Assembly: GCA_903933565.1 (NCBI GenBank)
Contig: CAIZKT010000176.1
Span: 1-34,141, forward strand
From: an uncultured Victivallales bacterium
GTDB lineage: Bacteria > Verrucomicrobiota > Lentisphaeria > Oligosphaerales > JAFGRS01
Length of the DNA stretch: 34,141 bases
Direction of reading: 5' to 3'
Under the pieces are notes generated by a model, which saw only the letters and a list, made by a program, of their open reading frames with translations, did not search any database and was not told the origin of the DNA. How positions within the stretch are numbered: the first letter of the stretch is position 1; each line of letters begins with the position of its first letter. Shown piece by piece: positions 24,400 through 33,951 of the stretch. The position numbers were made by a program, and so were the translations under genes.

Positions 24400-26580
24400 A
24401 TGTTGCGGCCAATCGCTCTCGCGGGAGTCTCAGGCGGGCTGGTAGCGGTGCTGTTGTCCGGGTGCGGCACGACCGGCGCGGCAGGGCAGGGCGCTGTCGG
24501 GGCGCCGGAACCGGCGGCGCTCTTCTACATTGCCACGAACGGTAACGACGCCTGGTCGGGACGCCTCGCCAGGCCCAACGCGAACCAGACCGATGGCCCC
24601 TTCGCCACCCTGGAACGCGCCCGGGACGAGCTCCGCAAGCTGAAGCAGACCGGTGGTCTGCCGCCCGGCGGCGTTGCGGTCGAACTGCGCGGTGGGGTCT
24701 ACGAACTGAAGGCCCCGTTTGCGCTCAGCGCCGAGGACTCGGGGACGGAGGCCTCTCCGGTCACCTATCGGGCGCGGCGGGGCGAGGAGGTCCGGCTGGT
24801 GGGCGGCAAGGTGGTGACCGGCTGGGGACCGGTGACCGACCCGACGGTGCTGGCCCGCCTGGACGAGGGCGCCCGGACGCAGGTGCTGCGAGCCGACCTG
24901 CGGGCCCAGGGGATCACGGACTACGGCGAGATGAAGACCGGCATCGCCGGGGCCGCCGGGGCACAGGGACTACAGCCCTACGACCCGGGCATGGAGCTGT
25001 TCTTCCAGGATAAGCCCATGACCCTGGCACGCTGGCCCAACGAGGGCTTCGTCAAGGTCGGCGAACTCCTGGGCGGCTCGCTGCGCGAAGCCCACGGCCT
25101 CAAGGGCGACAATGTCGGCAAGTTCACCTACGAAGGGGACCGGCCGGCTCGCTGGGTTGGCGAGAAGGACATCATGCTGCACGGTTACTGGTTCTGGGAC
25201 TGGTCCGACCAGCGCCAGAAGGTCGCCTCCATCGACACCACGGCGCGCGTCATCACCATGACCGAACCGTACCACTACTTCGGCTATCGCAAGAGCCAGC
25301 GCTACTACGCCTACAATCTGCTGCCTGAGCTGGACCTGCCGGGCGAGTACTGGATCGACCGCGAGGCCGGCGTGCTGTACTTCTGGCCGCCGGCGCCCAT
25401 CGCCGCGGGCAAGCCCATGGTCTCGGTACTGTCGGCGCTGGTGACCTTGAGCAATACCACGCACATCACGATCCAGGGCTTCGTCATGGAGGCGACGCGC
25501 GGCACGCCGGTATCCATCTCGGGAGGTACGGGGAACCTGCTGGCCGGCTGCACCCTCCGCAACACCTCGAAGTGGGCCGTCAACGTCAGCGGGACGAACA
25601 ACGGGGTGGTCGGCTGCGACATCTACAACACCGGCGAGGGCGGCATCACCCTCAGCGGCGGCGACCGCAAGACCCTCACGCCCTGCGGCCTCTACGCCGA
25701 GAATAACCTCATCTACGAATACAGCCGAATCTGCCGGGTCTGCCGCCCGGCGCTGTCGCTGAGCGGCGTGGGTATCCGCGTGGCGCACAACCTGATCCAC
25801 AACGCGCCCCACATGGCGATCAACTTCGGCGGCAATGACCACATCATCGAGTTCAACGAGATTCACAGCGTTTGCTACGAGACCGGCGACGCCGGGGCGA
25901 TCTACGCCGGTTATGACTGGACCATGCGGGGACACCAGATTCGCTACAACTACATGCACCATGTCAAGGGACCCGGGCTGCACGGGGCCAACGGGGTTTA
26001 CCTGGACGATATGTTTTCCTCCGCGACCCTCTACGGCAACGTCTTTCAGGAGGTGAACCGGGCGGCCTTCATCGGCGGTGGGCGGGACAACGTGGTGGAG
26101 AATAATCTCTTCGTGGACTGCAAACCGGCGCTGCACGTGGATGCCCGAGCGGTCGGCTGGGCCAAGGCCAGCGTCGAGAACCAACTGACCGAACGGCTCA
26201 ACGCCATGCCCTACCAGCAGCCGCCGTGGAGCCTGCGTTTCCCTCAGCTTCTGACGGTCTTGCAGGATGAACCGGGCCTGCCCAAAGGCAACCTGGTGAC
26301 CCGCAACATCTGTTTCGGCGGGGTCTGGGACGAGATCGAGAAGGTGGCCATCCCGCTGGTCACGATGCAGGACAACCTGGTGGGCGAAGACCCGCACTTC
26401 GTCGACGCGGAGCACGGCAACTTCCAGCTCAAGGACGATTCTCCGGCCTACGGGCTCGGGTTCCAGCGTATTCCGATGGAAAAGATCGGCCTCTACGAGA
26501 GTAAGCTCCGTGCCTCCTGGCCGGTGCAGCACGAGGTGCGGCAGGCCGCACCTCACAAACCCGCTGGAGACAAGCCATGA
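24400..26580 (+). CDS. Lipoprotein with right-handed parallel beta-helix (GH141-like), paralog of 20597..23377 lacking the C-terminal domain
   Basis: AAGGAG RBS and lipobox LSGC. Co-linear similarity to the upstream paralog (NGNDAWSG, HGYWFWDWSDQRQKV, IEFNEIHSVCYE, GVYLDDMF). Confidence 0.85.
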   Translation: MLRPIALAGVSGGLVAVLLSGCGTTGAAGQGAVGAPEPAALFYIATNGNDAWSGRLARPNANQTDGPFATLERARDELRKLKQTGGLPPGGVAVELRGGVYELKAPFALSAEDSGTEASPVTYRARRGEEVRLVGGKVVTGWGPVTDPTVLARLDEGARTQVLRADLRAQGITDYGEMKTGIAGAAGAQGLQPYDPGMELFFQDKPMTLARWPNEGFVKVGELLGGSLREAHGLKGDNVGKFTYEGDRPARWVGEKDIMLHGYWFWDWSDQRQKVASIDTTARVITMTEPYHYFGYRKSQRYYAYNLLPELDLPGEYWIDREAGVLYFWPPAPIAAGKPMVSVLSALVTLSNTTHITIQGFVMEATRGTPVSISGGTGNLLAGCTLRNTSKWAVNVSGTNNGVVGCDIYNTGEGGITLSGGDRKTLTPCGLYAENNLIYEYSRICRVCRPALSLSGVGIRVAHNLIHNAPHMAINFGGNDHIIEFNEIHSVCYETGDAGAIYAGYDWTMRGHQIRYNYMHHVKGPGLHGANGVYLDDMFSSATLYGNVFQEVNRAAFIGGGRDNVVENNLFVDCKPALHVDARAVGWAKASVENQLTERLNAMPYQQPPWSLRFPQLLTVLQDEPGLPKGNLVTRNICFGGVWDEIEKVAIPLVTMQDNLVGEDPHFVDAEHGNFQLKDDSPAYGLGFQRIPMEKIGLYESKLRASWPVQHEVRQAAPHKPAGDKP

Positions 26581-29500
26581 AGATGCTGAAGACCGTGATT
26601 TTCGCCTGGGCCGTGGCCACCGTGAGAGCGAGCCGCGGGGCGGACGAGCCTGTGCCGTTGCTGCGCAATGGGGGCTTCGAGCAGACGCTCGCCGTGCCCG
26701 GCCTGCCTGAGAGCGGTGGCAAATCCGGCGGCTGGACCCTGACGGGCAGCCCGCTCGCGCCCGCGGAGTGGACCCTGAGCGGCTGGTTCACGGGCGAAAT
26801 GAGCGTGCTCGCCGACGATGCCTGTGAGGGCAAGCGTTTCCTCAGAATCCGGGGCGGCGCGGAACGGCAGGCGCAGATTTACCAGGCCTGTCCCGAGGTC
26901 CGAGCCAACCGTTCCTACCAGACCTCGCTCCGCTACCGGGGAGGTCCGGTTGAGGTTAAGGCCTACGAGTACAGCCCCGGCGGCAGCGGTCCGCACATCG
27001 AGACGGTGGTGACGGGGCCGGCAACCGACGAGCCCGGAGGCGTCTGGCGCACGGTGACCGCCGAGTACTGGCCGCCGGAGACCGTCCTGAATGTCAGCCT
27101 CGTGGTCGCGGTCGAGACGGGCCGGAGCGCTGATCTCGACGACTTCCGGATTCAGGAAACGCCAGCGGCAGCGACGCCGGCCGGCCCCGGCTGGATCAAC
27201 GTGCTTGATTATGGCGCCTCGGGCTCGGAGTTCCAGACCACGGCCAGCACCACGGCCGGCGCGAAGCAGATCACCGTCGCGAACCCAGGTGACTTCAGGG
27301 CCGGTCAAGGCGTGATGATTTCCAAGTGCCAGCCGCACTACAGCAGTGCTGTCTTGCGCGGTCCGGGCAGCTACTACGGCACGACGCAGCCGCTCGATGG
27401 GGTGGCGGAGTTACGCGGCTTCGATGGCAGCGCCGGCGACTGGCTGGTGTTCATCCTCGACATCGAGGGCGACCAGCCGCTCTGCTTCCGCTGGAGTGAC
27501 GATCTCGCCCGCAGCTGGAAGGCCAAGCAGGTGCCCATCACCTGGGATTGGCAGACACTCAGCGGCGGGATGGAGGTGAAGTTCCTCAAGCGCGACCTGA
27601 AGCCCGGGCACGGCATCACCTTCAGCGCCCGCACCCAACTGGTGACGAAGATCGAGAAGATCGAGGGCAACACGCTGTGGCTGGAGGCAGCGCCGACGAA
27701 GACCGTGACCGATGCCGTGGTCCGGCACTGTGAGGCCGCGGCCCTGCAAACCGCGATCGACCGGGCGATCCGCACCCGGCGCAACCTGTACTTTCCGGTT
27801 GGTTACTATCGCCTCGAACGCGGGCTCTCGGTCCGCAACGGCGCCCTGCGCATCGAGGGCGCGGACGGCGTCCACACCGTGCTCGACATCAGCGATGGGA
27901 CGGGGTCGGTCTTCGCGCTCGCTGGCGGCAGGGAGGTGACGATCCGTAACTTCCGCATGCTTGGCCACACGGGGTTGGCCGAGAAGCCGGGGACGATGCA
28001 GAATGCCACGGGGAACCCCTTCTGGTGCTGCGCGCTCAAGGGCTGCAACGCGGTATCCATCGCCAATACCGAGCGGGTGTTGTGCGAGAATGTGCATGTC
28101 TCGCGGATGTCGGCCGAGGCGTTCTACTGCCAGGGCAGCGGCCGCACCGCCGCCGACAAAGGCCAGGATATCTACACCAAGTCGCTAACCTTCCTCCGTT
28201 GTTCCGTGACCGACTGCGCCGCCAACGCTTTCAACAACAATGACACCAGCGAGAATACCTCTGTGCTCTACTGTCGGATCGACGGCGCCGGCTGGCATGC
28301 GTACGAAGGTCCAGGCCGCTTTATCAAGCTCATCGGCAACTACATCCGCAATTCTGGGCCGTTTACGGTTGGCGACATGAGCCACCGTTACCAGCCGCTG
28401 CTGGAACTCGGCTGTGGCCAGGCGATTGTGGCCGACAATGTCTTCGAAGGCTGCAACGGCCTCAACGGCGGTATTGTGATCAACCACGGTTCAACTCAGG
28501 TTGCGATCACCAACAACCTCTTCATCAACTACCGTGGCACCGCCATTACCGTCACCGGTCAGACCACCCGCAATTCCTATCCGTCGCAGCAGGCTGTCGT
28601 CAGCGGCAACCTCATCGATCTGACCGCCGTGGGTGGCGCGGCGGCGGCCCGGGCCGGCATCGTCATTGCCGCCTCGGACGTGACCGTCAGCGATAACCAG
28701 GTCTACGTGCGTGGCGAAATCGACCCGAGCGTGACCGGTATCCGTATCGCCGAGCCTGCCGTGAATATCCTGGTGCATGACAACCTGATTCGCAACGGCG
28801 GCTATGGCATCGTGGCGCAACGTTGCCGGTCCAGCGTCACTGCGGTGGCCGAGGATGGCAGCTTCCGTGAAGGCAACCTGCCGCTCGAGTGGCCCGGGGG
28901 CCATCGTTACCGCGGCTGGAACCTGGCCTGGCTCGGCGGCACTGAGCCGAACCCGCTATGCACGATCGCCGAGTTCGACGCGGAGACCTGCCGCTTCCGG
29001 CTGGCCCAACCCCGGCGGGTCAGCGTCGGCGATGCCTTCGCCATCTTCCCACCCTCCGCCAACTGGACCATCCACCACAACACCATCACCGACTGCCGCC
29101 GTCCAGTGACCCTCGATGGTTACGGCAGCCCGACGTCGGTCTTCCGCGACAACACCGTCACCCGCGGCCAGGCAACCGGCGTGGAACAGGCCATCGCTGT
29201 GCTCGGTGAGTACAAGCTCAGCGGTAATCTCATCTACGGCTTTGACGAAGCGGCTTCGGCGGCCTTGGCCCTGCATCCCTGCCGTATCGGAAGAGAGCTG
29301 CGCAACCTCTACCGCGACAACGTTTTCCAGAACTGCACCACGCCCGTGCAGGAACGCGCCAAGGGACTGTGGGCCGCGTCCATCAAGCAGGGAAACACGT
29401 TCCTCGCCTGCCCCGGCGCCCCCCAGACCGACGCCACCGCCACCACCGAGCCGCCGGTGGCTTTTCTGCCGAGCGAGACTCCGCGGCTGGCGGTATTCGA

Positions 29501-30083
29501 AGCCGTGAAGATGACGCCGCTCGCGGCCCTCGATGGCCGCGTCGACGAGTGGCCGTGGACCGACAAAAACCGCGTGGCGGTCACCCAGTTCACTCCCCAA
29601 GGCGACCCACTCCTCGAGCCGAAAGGACGCCTCTGCGCCGGCTGGGACGATGAGAACCTCTACTTTGCCATGCGTTTCACCCGGCTTAAGCGCACCCCGC
29701 TCAAGGCCGGGCTCAACTGGTCCGGTGACGGCGTCGAACTATCCTTCCGGGCGCTCGATCCGGGCCAGGTCTCGCCGATCTTCGTCCTCTGGGGAACCGT
29801 GGATGGGACGTTCAATGCCTCCGACGCCATGGGCGCTTCCGTCGAGCAGGTGCAGCGGCTCGAAAAAGGCGTCTCGTACGCGGCCGCCAGCAGCGACGAC
29901 GAGTGGACGTGCGAGTGGAAACTGCCCTTTGCCGCCATGGGGCTGAAGTCCGCCCCGGCCAAAGGGTTCAAACTCAACGTCGGCGGACGCAGCCTGGCGG
30001 ACGATTCCTGGGCCGCCTGGGTCCCAACCGGCGGGCGCGTCTGCGATGTGGATGCGGCGGGCGAACTGCACTTCGCGAAGTAG
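26577..30083 (+). CDS. Secreted modular beta-helix protein: CBM4/9-like N-domain, pectin-lyase-like beta-helix, C-terminal CBM9/DOMON-like domain
   Basis: ATGA overlap with the upstream gene and a signal-peptide-like N-terminus. LLRNGGFE...LDDFRI (CBM-like); WINVLDYGASGS and AALQTAID..LYFPVGYYRL (Pectate_lyase_3-like); Asn-rich coils; LDGRVDEW...WDDENLYFA...WTCEWKLPFAAMG. Confidence 0.78.
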   Translation: MKMLKTVIFAWAVATVRASRGADEPVPLLRNGGFEQTLAVPGLPESGGKSGGWTLTGSPLAPAEWTLSGWFTGEMSVLADDACEGKRFLRIRGGAERQAQIYQACPEVRANRSYQTSLRYRGGPVEVKAYEYSPGGSGPHIETVVTGPATDEPGGVWRTVTAEYWPPETVLNVSLVVAVETGRSADLDDFRIQETPAAATPAGPGWINVLDYGASGSEFQTTASTTAGAKQITVANPGDFRAGQGVMISKCQPHYSSAVLRGPGSYYGTTQPLDGVAELRGFDGSAGDWLVFILDIEGDQPLCFRWSDDLARSWKAKQVPITWDWQTLSGGMEVKFLKRDLKPGHGITFSARTQLVTKIEKIEGNTLWLEAAPTKTVTDAVVRHCEAAALQTAIDRAIRTRRNLYFPVGYYRLERGLSVRNGALRIEGADGVHTVLDISDGTGSVFALAGGREVTIRNFRMLGHTGLAEKPGTMQNATGNPFWCCALKGCNAVSIANTERVLCENVHVSRMSAEAFYCQGSGRTAADKGQDIYTKSLTFLRCSVTDCAANAFNNNDTSENTSVLYCRIDGAGWHAYEGPGRFIKLIGNYIRNSGPFTVGDMSHRYQPLLELGCGQAIVADNVFEGCNGLNGGIVINHGSTQVAITNNLFINYRGTAITVTGQTTRNSYPSQQAVVSGNLIDLTAVGGAAAARAGIVIAASDVTVSDNQVYVRGEIDPSVTGIRIAEPAVNILVHDNLIRNGGYGIVAQRCRSSVTAVAEDGSFREGNLPLEWPGGHRYRGWNLAWLGGTEPNPLCTIAEFDAETCRFRLAQPRRVSVGDAFAIFPPSANWTIHHNTITDCRRPVTLDGYGSPTSVFRDNTVTRGQATGVEQAIAVLGEYKLSGNLIYGFDEAASAALALHPCRIGRELRNLYRDNVFQNCTTPVQERAKGLWAASIKQGNTFLACPGAPQTDATATTEPPVAFLPSETPRLAVFEAVKMTPLAALDGRVDEWPWTDKNRVAVTQFTPQGDPLLEPKGRLCAGWDDENLYFAMRFTRLKRTPLKAGLNWSGDGVELSFRALDPGQVSPIFVLWGTVDGTFNASDAMGASVEQVQRLEKGVSYAAASSDDEWTCEWKLPFAAMGLKSAPAKGFKLNVGGRSLADDSWAAWVPTGGRVCDVDAAGELHFAK

Positions 30084-30094
30084 CGCCTGGTCAT

Positions 30095-30478
30095 CCAGAC
30101 CTCAGGAAGCTACGCACGGCGACGCGCAAGGTGAATGCCGGTCGAAAACCGGCGCAACTCCAAGCCCGAAAGGCTGACATTCGCCAGCCCAGGGCAGCGC
30201 CCTGGGTTGGCACCAACCAGCAAGATTTTCCACCCTGACGGGGTGGGACAACCTCAGGAGGCCTGGCCCTGGGCCAGTCCCTCGCCAAGATCGTGGTTGA
30301 CCTGATCTTCGGCACCTATGGGATGGGACGCTGCAAGGGCGGGATTGTCGCAGGCATGCAGCCTGCAATTCGCGCTTGGGGTCCGGTACCCAGGGCGCTG
30401 CCCTGGGCTGACGGATTGTGCCCCTTCGGGGCGGCCGAACGAAGACCAGACCTCAGGAAGCTACGCACGGCGACGCGC
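30095..30478. mobile_element. Non-autonomous REP-flanked IS200/RAYT-like relic bounded by 33-bp direct repeats
   Basis: Exact direct repeats CCAGACCTCAGGAAGCTACGCACGGCGACGCGC at 30095-30127 and 30446-30478. Perfect 23-bp inverted pair of REP-like hairpins at 30185-30207 and 30388-30410. A central TnpA-like fragment lies between them. Confidence 0.65.
30269..30329 (+). pseudogene. Remnant of an IS200/IS605-type (RAYT-like) Y1 transposase
   Basis: AGGAGG at 30256-30261, then CTG-GQSLAKIVVDLIFGT, which resembles the TnpA N-terminus MxQSLxKxxxHxxFST. It is followed by TAT..TGG GAC, resembling the YxWD C-terminus. Confidence 0.55.
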
Positions 30479-30506
30479 CCGCGGGCCGAGGGCTCTGCAA
30501 GAGCCT

Positions 30507-31436
30507 CTAGGGATAGTACTTGTTCGAGGCGCGCGCGAAGTTCTCATAGATGACGGGGAGTTCGATGCCCTCTCGTTTCAACTCCGACTCACGGGCGGAG
30601 ATCATGAACTGACGGCCCGCGATGATGGGGATGTCGGTCGGCTTCTTGCCATTGCAGGAGATCTCCAGAGCCATCCGGGCCGCCTCAGTTCCCTGCTCGA
30701 AGGAGGAGAGGCCGTAGGATACCGCCCCTCCATCTTGAACGAAAAAGCCAAAGAGTCCCACGGCGGGGATGTGGCTGTTCGCGAGGGTCCATTCCATGAT
30801 CTCCTTGGGCGGAACGGTGCCGGCGGCCGATTCCGACCGTCTGATGGTGTGATAATGGGAGATCAGCAGCAGGTTGTCCTTCCCCTGAGCTCTTGTGACC
30901 GCGGCTTTCCAGTCGTCAAAGGTGCGGCACAGGACCGAGTCCGCCATTTCGAAGGGTTGCCACGAATAGCCGTGAAGTTCCCGGGTCACGAAGGTGGAGC
31001 TTTCCGAGTCGTCGGCGATATGGATGATACGATTGCGGGCCGGATAGAAGGTCACCCGCAGGGCCTCCCGGACGGAGGAGGCAGGCACTCGTTCCAAGAC
31101 CCCGGTGACGTTGCTCGCCTGGTCGTAGCCGTAATGTTCAGGGGCCGCGTTGACGCCGCAGAAGATGATCTTGAGGCGCGGATCATGGAGGTACTCTTTG
31201 GCGACGTATTGCTGGGCGATGTCGTCGCAGGCAATCACGACATTGGGGCGCCAGCTGTTGATGGCCTTACGCGCGCCGACGGCGGCCTTCGCCACATCCT
31301 CCGGAGAAGGGTGGCGCTTGGCGTCCATGTAGTAGTAGCGCACGGATACACGTTTGCCCTTGATCACCCGCCCAAGCCCCTCGTTGACTTCCTCGACCCA
31401 GGAGAAATCGGGGGCATAACTGTGTAAGACGAGGAG
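30507..31436 (-). pseudogene. ABC_sub_bind-type substrate-binding protein lacking its start codon and signal peptide
   Basis: The frame extends upstream of the track's GTG 31367 as LLVLHSYAPDFSWVEEVNEGL. A TGA lies further upstream with no start codon between it and this motif. Downstream motifs YMDAKR, VIACDDIA, IFCGVN, NVTGVLE and SSFEQG. Confidence 0.7.
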
Positions 31437-31693
31437 GTGAGGCCGTTGAGGACCGCCGACGAGGGCGCGATCTCAAGGATCAGCAACATCGTAATCGCGA
31501 AAATAGACGGGATGAATTCGTCGGACAGGCTGAACATCCACATGACGATGGTGGCAGCGAAGATGGCGAGGAAGCTGGAGGCGTCAAGACCGAGCCCCAG
31601 CCTGGGCCGCAGGTAAAGGATGATACAGGGCACGATAATGGCGAGCAACCAGCCCGCCAGTTTCAGACTTACGGGAATCTTGATTCTCATCAT
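31364..31693 (-). pseudogene. N-terminal fragment of an SLC13/DASS-like permease, fused out of frame to the SBP gene
   Basis: Three TM segments (FLAIFAATIVMWMFSLSDEFIPSIFAITMLLILEIAPSSAVLNGLTSSS), then a hydrophilic tail that is simply the alternative frame of the SBP gene. Confidence 0.6.
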
Positions 31694-31802
31694 GTGCTTT
31701 TCTTTGCAGGAAAGGGGCGCAGGGGGAGCCGTCGGCCCGAGGCCGGAGAGGGGCCAGACGACCCGGGATTCCTTTCCGGCGCAGTCGGCCGTCGTCAGCG
31801 GC

Positions 31803-33857
31803 CTACAGCGGCAGTACCCAGAATTGCTTCGGGGGCACGCCGGTAACGACGTAGTAGATCGTGCCCACGATGCTGGGGACCACGGCCCCGAAGATCTCGC
31901 CGGCGATGAGGCCGAAGAACAGCGGTTTCAGGGTCTGATAGAGGCGGCTGCCGCCGTACTTAACGATGGCGCTCTTGAGCAGCCAGCCGAGGATGAACGA
32001 GCCACTCAGCCGCCAGGGGGGCTCGGTCGCCCAGGTGAGGAAGAGCACCGGGTGCAGGGGCCACCAGGTGGTGCGCAGGCGGCCCAGGTAACACAGCAGG
32101 GCCAGCGCCATGCCAGCGGCCAGAGCCGCCATGCAGAAGCCATTCGGCGCCATGGCCCCAAAGCGCGCCCAGCCACGCAACGCTGAGGCCTTTTCCAGGC
32201 TGCCCTGGGCTTTGAGCATCTCCAGCGCGTTGACGGTGTTGTCGAAGGCCATCTTCGGCACATACTGCCCGGCCCAGCCGTCCCATTTGGCGTAGCCCAG
32301 ATCATACTGGAAGTAAAGCGTCACCGGCAGCGCCACCAGCAGGCCAAGTACGATGGCGACCGCGAACAGGCAGGCGCTTCGTCCCAGCGGCACCCGCCGA
32401 ATCTGCAACAACTTGAGGCTGTTGACGACGAACGGCATCAGCGACTCGCGCGGGTCGACCAACAGGACCGTGGTCAGCATGAACATGATCAGCAGCGGGC
32501 GTGGACCCAGAGCCTGAGTGCCCATCAACCCCCAGACCGCGACGCAGGGGAAGAAGAAGGGCTGGTTGTAAAACAGGCCGGTCTCGGCGAAAACCCGTCC
32601 CATCACCACGTAGAAGACCAACAGGACCCCGGCGTACATCAGCGCGATCTGCCAGCCCAACCCCACCAGCGCCAACTGGACCACGAAGGCGGTCAGAAAG
32701 AGAACAAACAACCGAGCCCCCCAGACTGCCGCTTGATCAACCTCCAGCCCACCCCCGGCGCCCAGCGCCCGACGCGCCACCGAGAGGTAGTAGTGTCGAC
32801 CGCAGAAAAGCACCACGCCGAACACCCCCAGGTTCGCGCCGAAGAGGGCGAAGGTCTGGGGTTTCAACGACAGGTAACCGCTGGCCGACGGGCCGGCGCC
32901 CGAGGTCAGACTCAGGCCGTAGGTAGCGAAGGCGCCGACGACGGTAGCCCAGAGGAAAGGCCCGATGCCGAGCGACAGAGACACTTCCTTGGGCACAAAA
33001 TAGGCCACGCCGATGACGGTGGCGTAGAGGATCGGCGCCAACAGCCGGGCCCCACCACCACGCTGGATGTATGGCACCAGATCAACCATCGCGGTCAGGT
33101 TGAGCTGCCGGGTGATCGGAATCATACCATCCGGGAAGAAGGTCGCCAGGAAGTTGTTGAAATGGATCAGAAACACGGCCAGAGTGCCCACCCAGAACAG
33201 CCGGTTGCGCAGCAGCGGACTCGTCGTCTCCCCGTCGGCCGGCAACAGCGAGTTGGCAAACTCCGCCAGCGGATAAGGCAGCAACTCGTGATCGGACCAC
33301 TGCCGGTGCAGCACGACCGCCAGGGCGGTCAGCGCCAGCCAGAGCGCCAGAATGATGGGCAGCCAGAACGCCAGGGTGCGGGTCCAGGCTTGCCAGGGCA
33401 CGTCGGTGAAGGCGATATGGCGGTTCGCCTCCCCCAGGCCCTGAACAAAGCCGTTGAGCACCCTATCCTCGTCCGCGCTGGAGTCGGCCAGCATCTGCTT
33501 CGGGACCACTTGGAGCACCTGCTTCTCGCTCCAGCCGGGGTTCAGGCGGTTGAAGTGATGCGGCAGGATCAGCGAATTGGTGAAGGTGCGCAAGAGGCCA
33601 CTGGCAGGGATGCAGCAGCAAGCCAGCACGAGGCTGAGCATCACCGCCAGTTCGCGGCCGCTCAGCACCCAGCGGCGGTTGAGTCGCGCCAGCAGCGGGT
33701 TGACCACGATGACCGCAAGGATCAGCGCCCCATAGACCGCCACGGGCAGGTTGTTGCCGATCAGGAAGGTCTGGTTCAGGATGTTGTCGTTGACGTAGTT
33801 GAAGCCGCACAGGGCGACCACGCCCAGCAACCCCAGAATGACGGCTCGGATGGTCAT
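31803..33857 (-). CDS. Large polytopic membrane protein, DUF6785/DUF6784-like (putative transporter)
   Basis: About 16 or more TM segments. MTIRAVILG, LSGRELAV, VPWQAW, RQWSDHELLPYPL, RVFAETG, WWPLHP and LKPLFFGLIAGE. Confidence 0.75.
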   Translation of the reverse strand: MTIRAVILGLLGVVALCGFNYVNDNILNQTFLIGNNLPVAVYGALILAVIVVNPLLARLNRRWVLSGRELAVMLSLVLACCCIPASGLLRTFTNSLILPHHFNRLNPGWSEKQVLQVVPKQMLADSSADEDRVLNGFVQGLGEANRHIAFTDVPWQAWTRTLAFWLPIILALWLALTALAVVLHRQWSDHELLPYPLAEFANSLLPADGETTSPLLRNRLFWVGTLAVFLIHFNNFLATFFPDGMIPITRQLNLTAMVDLVPYIQRGGGARLLAPILYATVIGVAYFVPKEVSLSLGIGPFLWATVVGAFATYGLSLTSGAGPSASGYLSLKPQTFALFGANLGVFGVVLFCGRHYYLSVARRALGAGGGLEVDQAAVWGARLFVLFLTAFVVQLALVGLGWQIALMYAGVLLVFYVVMGRVFAETGLFYNQPFFFPCVAVWGLMGTQALGPRPLLIMFMLTTVLLVDPRESLMPFVVNSLKLLQIRRVPLGRSACLFAVAIVLGLLVALPVTLYFQYDLGYAKWDGWAGQYVPKMAFDNTVNALEMLKAQGSLEKASALRGWARFGAMAPNGFCMAALAAGMALALLCYLGRLRTTWWPLHPVLFLTWATEPPWRLSGSFILGWLLKSAIVKYGGSRLYQTLKPLFFGLIAGEIFGAVVPSIVGTIYYVVTGVPPKQFWVLPL

Positions 33858-33951
33858 GGTGTCCTCGGTTGACCCGCAAACTCGCTCGCACTATAGCCCT
33901 CCTGGAGCCTTCGTGGCGGGGGCGGAGGGCGCCAACCTGGCGGAAATGCAG

